A stretch of 57,077 bases of DNA, filler included, from Asterionella formosa (taxonomy: Eukaryota): NCBI GenBank assembly GCA_002256025.1. It is 6 parts of 6 records of this genome, joined end to end, with 100 filler letters (N's around TTAATTAATTAA, not from the genome) between each part and the next. Parts side by side here need not be neighbours in the genome. Positions count along the whole stretch, not along the records: positions 47,663 to 57,077 come from NKIB01010687.1; 5 more parts are not named here. One strand, given 5' to 3'. The position numbers and the translations under genes were made by a program. The notes beneath the pieces are model-generated. The model did no database searches, had not been told where the DNA came from, and saw nothing but the letters and a program-made list of their open reading frames with translations. Below, one piece after another: positions 47,768-57,077 of this stretch. Numbering within the stretch: position 1 is the stretch's first letter; each line of letters begins with the position of its first letter.

Positions 47768-50700
47768 ATGGAAAACGACAACAGCAATAATAGGCCATCC
47801 AAGTGGCCAAGACAAACAGGATGGAACGATGGAAGGGGAAGGAGCAATAGTGGAAGAGGCAACCACAATCATTCCCGAGGATCTGGAAGACAAGGCGCAA
47901 CATCATGGGCAGGGACTCATCAGCAGCAGGAGCGTCGACATGACCAATCAAGATACAGCAACAATGATCCACGCGAACGAGCTGCAACTGCAATAAATCG
48001 CAGTGATGCCACGTATCAGAATCATCAAAGGGAACCAATCAGGCAAGATGGTATTGAGACTCGTCTCAATAATGCCATTCCTAGGCGCCAAATGCATCAT
48101 CAACCACAATCACAATCATCATCAGGCAACAATCAATTCCATGGAAGCAGACCATTTCAACCTAGTCCGTTCACGCCACTAGTTTTGAATTCTACTACTA
48201 ATACTGCTGCTGCTACTATGAATCATACAGTGGCTCCTGTACCAATTATTCAACAACCACTTACAGGAGAACAATGGAAAGTGTTGCCGTGGATTGATAG
48301 ACTCAAGTCACAGGTACGATTGTTATTTATATCCCTACTATGCTTTCTACTGATCATGTTCAGAACGTACAGTCATGTCTAACAAGAAATATCACCTTCA
48401 TTTCAGATCCCACAAACTAACCCGGAATTGTTTGAATGTATACCCGATGAATACAAACTAAATCCAGACGAGAATGCCATTCCTGCCTTACTTGTCGATG
48501 AACCGTTAATGCCGCGAAAGATTGTGGCTGCCGAGGCAACATTTTCAAACATGAAAAATGAGTTTGACAAAAATGCTAAAACACCAGCATCACATGACAA
48601 CGACAGTGACTATGACAGTACTGCAGATTCAGATGATAGTTCTCACCACATGATGCCTGATGGAGCTGGTCCACCTTCAGAACCACAATGGGGTGGTGTC
48701 ACCAAATCTCAGCTGTCAACATTTATCGAGGCACTTCCTCATTTTCTTTTATTTAATATTGACTTTCATTTGACATTACCAAAACGACTTTGTCATTGTC
48801 CATTGTCTAAAGTTGCATACAATTGGAGAGAGCAGTTTGGTATCTCACATGAAATTGGCATGTGTCACGAAAATAAAAAATTTGAACCATATCCTTTGTT
48901 GTCACATTTATCCTCGGGTTCGCATTCTGGAAGCGACAATGTGCTCGCTATTGCAGCGTGCCGGTACTTGAAAGAACTTTATGAAGATTATTACAAAGGG
49001 GAGCATAGATCTTTTGACCATGAAGGGTTGTCTCAAGGTGGAAAATACAGAGACGAGGTCATTGCATTTAAAGAAAAGAGGAAGAAAAGGTAAGCATTGT
49101 ATTACTTACGTTATTGACATGTATTGTTTTATCGTTCATCAATCAAATAACTAATTTCTTTTGTATTAGATACCTAAAAGAAGCTCAAGATGCAGCAGAA
49201 GCAGAACGAATTCGAGCATTGCAAGCAGAGTCAGAGGTAATTGTACTTCGAGAAAAGACGGGAGTTCTTCTCAAGGTAAAGTTTTTGATTTTCCATCAAT
49301 ACAGTTTCGTGTGATTTTCTCTTCTAATGAAAAAATGGGTCTTCAATAGGAAAACAAAAGACTCAAAGAGATTGGCAAGAGGCTTGGACTTACAGGTGAA
49401 ATTGGGCAACTCGAAATTAATCCCAAAATGATGCAAGAGTACAAGATAATGTGGATGAATATATTTTTCCACCTCAAAGGAATACTTCTCATGACGGAAG
49501 AAAACAGTAATAAATTGGGAAAACCCATTTTGAGTTTTTTTCTCAAATACGAGCACAAGAGAATTGTTTTGAATATATCCCAAGATTTCAACCTGCAAAA
49601 ATGTTTTCAAGCCAAATCATTTACCAGGGTCTTTTTTGCTGATCTTGTTTCTTTTTCGCAAAATCCTTCATTTTTGATGCCACTGAACGTAAAATACAAG
49701 GGTAAGTGCTTCCAAGGGTGTGTGTCATTTTCATTGCAACTTCATTACGCTGATTTGCACATGAATTGCTAAAGTGGACAAAGATTCCAAAAAGGCACTG
49801 CGCTGGACGGACGATATTAAAGCCGTAGGTAAGCTTTCAAAATTGCTCATCCAGTTAAGCAGTCAAAGCACTTGCTTTCTCATTGAATTTGCGATACAGA
49901 TGAGGGTGGGCCGTCCAGGGTCTTTTACGAGCAAGTATGGACACAATTAGGTACATTGTCAGTTTCATTTGTGATCGTTGATGATACCGTCAAAAGAGTA
50001 ATGCTATTTGAACCTAGCGCTGCTGGCTTTGTCCCCATGACGGACGAGATGCTCTGCCACACCGTTGCTAGCGGACTTGGAATTGAAAACTTGGGTGAGT
50101 ATGAATTCGCTGACTTGAAATGTATTGTAGAAAGCGACGAGAAAGGCAACAAAGTGCTTGAAGAAGCCAGATTGATTTACCGTGCCATTGGACGCATCAT
50201 GGCCAATTGCCTTGCAACCGGAAATGTTATTTCACCAACAGCACTCCCAAAACTTTTCAGAAATGGTGCGTCTCATTTTTTATGTGATACGTTCATTCCT
50301 CTTTTGCGAAAACTGTGCCTTGCTGACTTTTGGATTCATTTTTAGCCCTTCTTCGAAACATCATGCCCAGCAACATTCTGTATTCAGAACTCGAGCTTCC
50401 ACATCACCTACTCGAGCTCAATCTCAACCAACAAACAATGGATCATTTGACTGAAACGTATGAAGGTGTCGAAAGTGACCCGGTCCAAAAATTTAAATGT
50501 GCAGTTGAGAAGTACTTCTTAGATAGCAGAAGCATTGCACTTGAGAGCCTTCGAGAGGGCTTGACCCTGAATGGTGAGTCCAGTATTCATTTTACTTTGG
50601 TTGGTGTTCATGTTGCGTGTTCTAATCCGTTTCTGTCAAATTAGGGCTCATTAATTTTGACGTTACACGAAACATGCCACTTGAAGCTGTAAACCGACTC

Positions 50701-51196
50701 ACCATTGGTAGACTAAAGGTAGACCCCGAAGAAGTGATTAGTTCATTCAAAATAGATGACGAGTTTGAGGGTTCACTTACTGACAACCAGGAGTTTCTGT
50801 TCAAGGAAATAATTCCTCAAGTAATTCGAGAGAAACACAAAGACGATGAAAATTTTCTCACAGATTTTCTACAGTGGTGTACAGGTCAAAAGGTATGTTT
50901 TATGAAAAAAATAGTATTAATGCATCCGGTCCTGTACTAAGATTATTTTGCTGCTTATTCAGTACATGCCATACAGAGACTTGGAGCCTCATTACACAAT
51001 TGACTTTAATTTCTTCAATGGTAGCAACGATGACGAGGATGAATACAGGAGCGACTCGACCTTTCTTCCAACGGTCAAAACTTGTGCAAATTACATAGTT
51101 CTCCCTGTTGGTGCCTACAATGCCGACAAGGAATTATTCCAAGAACGTCTTGAGACTGCAATACGATTGTGCAAAGATCATTTTGATGCATCTTGA
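47768..51196 (+). CDS. Divergent HECT-type E3 ubiquitin ligase, 9 exons: 47768-48313, 48407-49089, 49170-49275, 49350-49701, 49775-49828, 49900-50265, 50346-50573, 50645-50892, 50963-51196
   Basis: All eight GT-AG introns are phase-compatible. VKYK...DEGGPSRVFY, YRAIGRIMA, LESLREG, FLQWCTG, LPTVKTCANYIVLP (catalytic Cys), LFQERLETAI, and a -4 Phe (HFDAS*). Confidence 0.8.
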
Positions 51197-51571
51197 TTGG
51201 AATTTACGTGCAACATGGTTTGTCAGTTTCCTTTAGCATTTTGTGTAATAAACTGAACGAAGATAGATATACAGCAAGTAGTGCACCGTAATTAAAAGAA
51301 TCATATTTTACCGCTACATACCAGTGTACCTGGTACCGGTTGTCGTATAACTAAATGATGATCGAAAAAATATTACTATGTAAGCTTTATTTAATTAGTA
51401 CCAAATAAACATATAATATATATGGCAATAGAGTACATGATAAAAAGAAGGGAAAATTAATCTGCATTCTCCTTTCACATAAAATAGAAACTGCTTCAAT
51501 AGATAATGATCGAATAATAACAATAGTAGTTCGTCGCTGCTGTCCCCACGGCTCCTCACCACTACACACAA

Positions 51572-52534
51572 ATGTCAGAAACCATTGTACCAGAAACGCT
51601 TCTCGCTTTGGCGAAAGATGATCGCTATCTACGAAAATGTAGTGAACTATTGTCACGCGTGTTAAACAGTGTTGGCCTGGAGCATCATGGTTCTGTTTCT
51701 GGTTGGGCACTGCTCCTGTACTCTCTGTTGGTTGTCAAGCGCACCAATCAAACGCTTGGAATGGAATTCATGGGATTAAAGAGCATTGCAAGTAATCATG
51801 CGTTGTGGAGGACCATGGCAATTGTCGGATTGCTGAAGGTTGCCTTGAACTATAGTCAAAACAATGGGCTCCGAGGACAGGAACGGATACGGTTTCACCA
51901 AGAGCAGCGGTGCGCCATGCTAGCCAGATCCAGTGGTGTTGATGTACAATCAACAACAAGTTATTGGAAAAGAATCACGGAGTTTCTGCAAAAGACCATG
52001 GTGGAATTGTCCAATATTGATGAAAGCCCCGGTCCGCATGCAGTACTTTCTAGTTCCACAACCTCCATTGCAAGTTGGATTGTGAAGCTCCACCTTGCTC
52101 ACTATTGTTGGACTGGAAAATGGCCCTCATTTTGGTTCACTGGTCTCTCGAAACTATCCTCAACTCGATCCAACACTATTGCCAATAAGCCCGACACGCA
52201 TAAATGGGTTGCTGTCATGATTGGTCTGCAAGCTGCTGGGGGTGCACTCGCCTGGATTACCAATCACATCCCTCATCAAGATCAAGCAAACACATTAGTT
52301 TCACCCACAGACATTGAACCATCCTCATCTTCGTCATCAAGCCTCTGTTTCATATGTCGATTGCCCCGAATATCACCAGCAGCTTCATCATCTTGTGGAC
52401 ATGTCTTTTGTTGGAATTGTTTGTATCAGTGGACCACTAAAAAGCAAGAATGCCCATTATGCCGTTCACCATGTAGGCCACAAGATATTATTGCTCTGTA
52501 TAACTATGAACCATCTGTTGTAACTCATGAGTAG
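51572..52534 (+). CDS. PEX10: RING-finger peroxin Pex10
   Basis: LLALAKDDRY, QTLGMEF (compare TLGEEY), C3HC4 RING CFIC...CGHVFCWNCLYQW...ECPLCR..C.PQ. Confidence 0.85.
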   Translation: MSETIVPETLLALAKDDRYLRKCSELLSRVLNSVGLEHHGSVSGWALLLYSLLVVKRTNQTLGMEFMGLKSIASNHALWRTMAIVGLLKVALNYSQNNGLRGQERIRFHQEQRCAMLARSSGVDVQSTTSYWKRITEFLQKTMVELSNIDESPGPHAVLSSSTTSIASWIVKLHLAHYCWTGKWPSFWFTGLSKLSSTRSNTIANKPDTHKWVAVMIGLQAAGGALAWITNHIPHQDQANTLVSPTDIEPSSSSSSSLCFICRLPRISPAASSSCGHVFCWNCLYQWTTKKQECPLCRSPCRPQDIIALYNYEPSVVTHE

Positions 52535-53212
52535 ATGATGATTTATATTGAAAAAGTCATGATTTTGTCATCACAAGAAAATGTTGGGTGGTCGCAAATG
52601 CCCACAATTCAACCAAGGAGAATCATCAAATCTAAGTTAGCCGTGTGTAACACAACTCTGTGCTTCTGGATATCCAAGCAACAAGCAAAATGACCCTTGC
52701 AGCCTATCATGAATCTTTATATATGGCATATTAAAATACAGTGGTTCAACTTTTTGAATTTCACAACTTTGGTGCCAATTTTCATGTGGTTCATCAACAA
52801 ATGCCAATTCACGAAGGTAAGGAAACATGCCACAGTTCTAAAGTCGAAAGTTTAGCTTTTGAAAGGAAGTATATCAAAGAACAGGACGTAACTAAAATGC
52901 TCACTGCTCAAGGATATTAAAATGCAATCTAATGCTTACTACAGTCATATCTGGATGAATGATATCATTGTGATCCAAGTCAATAGTCAAGTCAAGCTAC
53001 ATGTAGCTTGATGGTCATGCAGTGTATAATAGTAAGTACATCATTTAGAATCCAGCAGCTATCTATAGGTAGGCCTGGTCAAAGGCAGGTTGCACTACCG
53101 GTATACCAATACTTTTTCAGGTAATCAAACGACATTCTATACACTCTATCCCATCATCAGGTAATGATGGATAGATAGACAGACTGTCACAAAGAAATTA
53201 TTGTTGGCATCC

Positions 53213-53286
53213 TACCGGTACCTGGTACCAGCACTACTGACTCCTAGTAAGTACAATACGAGTATATACCTGGTACCAGGTACCGG
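53213..53286. repeat. GGTACC(W) micro-array cluster upstream of the SEP-like gene
   Basis: taccggtacctggtacca and tacctggtaccaggtaccgg. Confidence 0.85.
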
Positions 53287-53635
53287 CAGGCAGATGCAAC
53301 ATATCATACAGCAGGTGTGCTGATCCCACACCGGGAAACGAACAAGAGTAATCGAAGGAATCATGAATATATCATACATTAGAACGTCAGGACACCACGT
53401 ACGCGAGAGATCATTCCATGCTCGCACCATCATCAGCCAGCATGATAGTACGCACAGCATCGCGATGATTGGATCTCCGCCACCACGATGTGAAAAACAA
53501 ACGAGCAAAGCAAGTTGATTAAATCATCCACTGACTGACTTCTGCCGGAATTGTATTATCTCTATCCCTTCATTGTCAATCACTGTTTTGATTGCTTGCC
53601 TCCCATCAACGTTTCCTATAACATCAACTACAACA

Positions 53636-54098
53636 ATGCTTGGCCGCAGCACTACTATCATTGTTGCACTCCTTTGTCTGTTTTCGTCTTCGTTTTGTCA
53701 TGGCTTTTTACCTCTTGGTCTGACAAAAACCGTTGTGCCGGGCATTACACCAACACAATTGAAGGAACGACGTTGGAATTTTAATGAAGGAAGATCTCCT
53801 TGGGGTCTTAAAAATAATGCTGAAATCTGGAATGGTCGTGTTGCTCAGGTATGTCACTGTTGCTTTCATTTCATGACATTTGACTGTAATCATGAACTGA
53901 TTGATTCGTTTTACTTCTCAGGTTGGTTTTACCATTGTATTCCTTCAAGAATTGATTCAAGGTCATGGTGTCATTGAGGGCATTCAAAATGGAGATGTGA
54001 TTAATTACGGATTTTTAGGATTGACAGCGTTTGGTATGATTGGTTTGACTGTGTGGCTTGCTATCAAGGGAGAAGATGATTTTGTGGATTCCATTTAA
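53636..54098 (+). CDS. LHC-like two-helix protein (SEP/HLIP-type), plastid-targeted; exons 53636-53848 and 53922-54098
   Basis: Signal ...FCHG|FLP; chlorophyll-binding motif AEIWNGRVAQ|VGF...QELIQG; second hydrophobic helix. Confidence 0.88.
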
Positions 54099-54649
54099 TT
54101 CATTTTGAAATAAAAGGAAACAACATGAAATGAAATGCTGTATACAAAATCTATATTTCTCTTGCTCTCTCAAGTATAATGACATTTATTAATGTATGCA
54201 TCCTTGCTATCGACCCATAACAAGCACAACAAGGGAGAGGTAATCAGGAGCAATTGGGGTAGAACTTATTAGATGGAGAGAAGCTATATCGTATGATCCT
54301 ATGGGCTAGTCTTCTTTTAATCATCACTTACTATGATAATATTTTTCCTCATTTTTTTGCTCGGTGTTGACTTTCATATCCTCTCCTCTAAACAGTGAAT
54401 GTCGTTCTGTTATGTGTAATTTTACTAGATTCCCATGAATAGTAGCCAGTACCTAGTTATAGTAATAGCTGATGTTGAAAGAATGAATGAATGAGCAGGT
54501 TTATGAGTATACTTACCTATCAACATGCAGTAACAATCCAAGCTATATGGCTGAAGGTAGCACATTTTTCATCACAACAACAGCAGCAGCAACAACATCT
54601 TTTCATATTTGCGAGACTTCTGTTCAAGTGGGTAGGACTATGCATCCAT

Positions 54650-55292
54650 TAAAAACATGCTTAGCCATAAAACCACTACTAGGGATGGGGTGAAAACTGT
54701 CAAATTCCAAGTAAAGTACCAGTCAGGAGAAGCGATCAAATGCAACCTTGATGACCTGAAGATTGATGCGCCATTCATACTGGCAATGTATCTCAGACCG
54801 AAAAAGCCCTTTTCTCCTACCCTTAAGGAATGGTCTCAGAGGGCGCTGGTGACCCTAGATAAATCATTGTATAGGACCAGGCTGATAGAACCAAAGACTT
54901 GCTTCAATCTGGTGGAGACCAGCACTAGCACATGATGTTAGTGCCACCACAGTTGTGGTGGTAACCCTTACCCAAAGCAGCTCAACCCTTTTACAGCTTG
55001 TGACAAGTGAAAGCAAAAACTAAGCCAGGCAGGAACAAATATGGGGTGAAAATCCCGAGGATGGTAGGAGAAGGTATCATTGCGCTGCTGGATAAGATGA
55101 ATTGTGATGACGTGTTGTGGCACCAGGCAATAAAGAAGGAAATTGATGCACTCATGGAGATGCATACCTTCAACATTCTCGGACCAGACAAATCTAATTT
55201 CAGTATGCTCAACTAATGATGTTATATGACATCGAGCAAGATAAATGGAGAAAGGCCCAACTGGTCCTAGGGGGTCACATGATAGATGCTTC
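54650..55292 (+). mobile_element. Decayed CoDi-type Ty1/copia fragment (region before RT plus RT start)
   Basis: FQVKYQSGE...LDDLKIDAP..LAMY; KYGVKIPR...LDKMN...LWHQAIKKEIDAL...TF; frameshifted YDIEQDKWRKAQLVLGGHM (compare FDVKxDLRRKARLVAGGH). Confidence 0.8.
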
Positions 55293-55703
55293 ATGTAGGG
55301 CATCAACAGAGGGGCTCTAGATATCAGTAATAAAGTTCCCTTAAATAAACGGCAGTCGATTTAAGGAATAAAATCTAGGGGCTATTGAAAATATTTTGAA
55401 GCTAGGCACCAGTAGTTCGGCAGTCAGAAAACGGAGCTTATAAAATATCGAATGTATGTTGTATGTGAAGGGCAATTGCAGGATTGAGCATCCGGAAATC
55501 AAAAACAGTACATATTAAAAATCTAATATATGTTTAATTAGAAGGGCAATTAGCTAGTTTCTGACTTTCCCTTGACATGCTGGATCAATAGTAATGGAGC
55601 CCTAACAGCAGATCAACTGATCATTGTGAGCTTTGTCAAATTCTTTTTGGTCACAATCTTTGTGAATGTTGGGGTGCTTATGATTAGCTCAACAAAAGAA
55701 GAA

Positions 55704-56055
55704 AATGATGAACATGAAGTTGATGTTAATGATGAACATGAAGTTGATGTTAATGATGAACATGAAGTTGATGTTAATGATGAACATAAAGTTATAGCAA
55801 GTGCAGAGGCTGATGTTAATGATGAACATAAAGTTACAGCAAGTGCAGAGGCTGATGTTAATGATGAACATAAAGTTATAGCAAGTGCAGAGGCTGATGC
55901 TAATGATAAACATAAAGTTATGGCAAGTGCAGAGGCTGATGTTAATGATGAACAGAAAGTTAAAACAAGTGCCTAAGCTGATGATAATGATGAACATAAA
56001 GTTATAGCAAGTGCAGAGGCTGATGTTAATGATGAACATAAAGTTACAGAAAGTG
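55704..56055 (+). repeat. Compound minisatellite: 24-bp unit x3 then 42-bp unit about x6
   Basis: gatgttaatgatgaacatgaagtt (DVNDEHEV), then the same core plus atagcaagtgcagaggct (DVNDEHKVIASAEA). Confidence 0.92.
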
Positions 56056-56570
56056 CCCTCACTCTACATGCTAATGTTCAAGATGAGGAAAAAGAAGAAG
56101 AGTAATTGAGCAACACCAAGATTCATGTAACCTTCAAATGCTTTTAAGCTTTGGAGGGCAAAAAGAATCGAACACACACCCCCATCAACAAAGTGTTTTG
56201 TACTGTATTATGCAGGTATTGAAATCTCTATAAATAATATTTTCTGGAAGTCACTTCATGTAGCATCTGGAGATTCCATCACTCGAATAGTGAATACCGG
56301 TAAGTTAATCTAATAAATACCAGAGTATAACAGGTATATACCGCTTTACTGACTATTACACACTGGCCACTATACCACCTTGCAAATCTTGGTTAATTTT
56401 TGTGTAAGTGATGAGTTGCATGACCATTTTACCAGACACTGAGGTCAGTGTGTTCCTTTTGTACCAGGCAGCTACATACAACATATTCTACACACGAGTA
56501 TATGGAGAAATGGAATCCAGAATCTTGATGTCAAATTCAAGCATCACATCATCAGCATATCACACTGGTA

Positions 56571-56741
56571 TATATTGCAGCTGGTATGATTAGCGATGCA
56601 TGTCTCAACAGTGTAATAATGTACTGTGCTTGGATTAAATATATTGCAGCTGGTATGATGATGCATGTCTCACCAGTGTACATATGGTAATAGGTATATT
56701 TTGTGAGGGAGTATATGATAATGTACTGTGGTTGGATTAAA
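56571..56741 (+). repeat. Imperfect tandem duplication of about 69 bp; copy 2 has an insertion
   Basis: tatattgcagctggtatgat...gatgcatgtctca.cagtgta...ataatgtactgtg.ttggattaaa at 56571 and 56640. Confidence 0.85.
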
Positions 56742-57077
56742 AATGGAACAGCAATAATTCATTTGCACATTGTAACTGTATAAAATCATACATTTTTCCT
56801 CTTAACTATAACCAGTACTCTGGAATTCCCATGGATAAATGCTTTTCTTCCTTGCAAAGGAGCAACACCAGCAATGTCTGCAGTCTAAAGAGGATGGCAG
56901 CCTATATAATGCTGATTGTTACCATCGTCATGCTCAACCATTTTGTCTACTACTACTGCAGAGTGCATTCTTGCCATCCAAAAAGATCAAGAAGCTATCA
57001 TCATGGCTCCCCAAAACCTGTTTTTAAAAGTGACCAATCTCTTGCTGTCTTGGTGATGGCCTGGAAACAATTAATAT

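Noticed and set aside
29048..52534. Apparent clustering of two RING peroxins (PEX2 and PEX10)
   Set aside because: They lie on different contigs separated by two artificial linkers, so the co-occurrence is chance.
55704..56055. CRISPR-like regular repeats
   Set aside because: No unique spacers, no cas genes, eukaryotic context; it is a minisatellite.

Overview
Eukaryotic nuclear DNA, almost certainly from a diatom. Evidence: short GT-AG introns, bipartite plastid presequences with Phe at +1, DUF6824, HA-domain and ankyrin genes of diatom-expanded families, and a CoDi-type copia remnant. The window is not one locus. It is six unrelated contigs of 9443, 9440, 9430, 9429, 9420 and 9415 bp, sorted by size and joined by artificial N44-TTAATTAATTAA-N44 linkers, so linkage across a linker means nothing. 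About 20 host genes can be modelled, many with splice sites resolved by hand: two convergent membrane-anchored cyclophilins, an ER coiled-coil protein, a gamma-glutamylcyclotransferase, a surface protein, a BSD protein, a GT23-like fucosyltransferase, VAP, an ankyrin protein, PEX2, an AspH-like hydroxylase, a small plastid protein, a DUF6824 protein, an RBM5/10-like protein, an HA-domain protein, an RWD protein, a 9-exon HECT ligase, PEX10 and an LHC-like SEP. Transposon debris includes a pogo-like end, a Phantom/Mutator-like transposase with a nested LINE fragment, MITEs, two copia remnants and a gypsy integrase with its LTR. The most striking unexplained signal is a family of palindromic (GGTACC+W)n / TACC(W)GGTA micro-arrays. 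They occur on all six contigs, cluster upstream of most host start codons, and are largely absent from exons and convergent 3' spacers. All family assignments come from motif recognition by eye; no searches were run.
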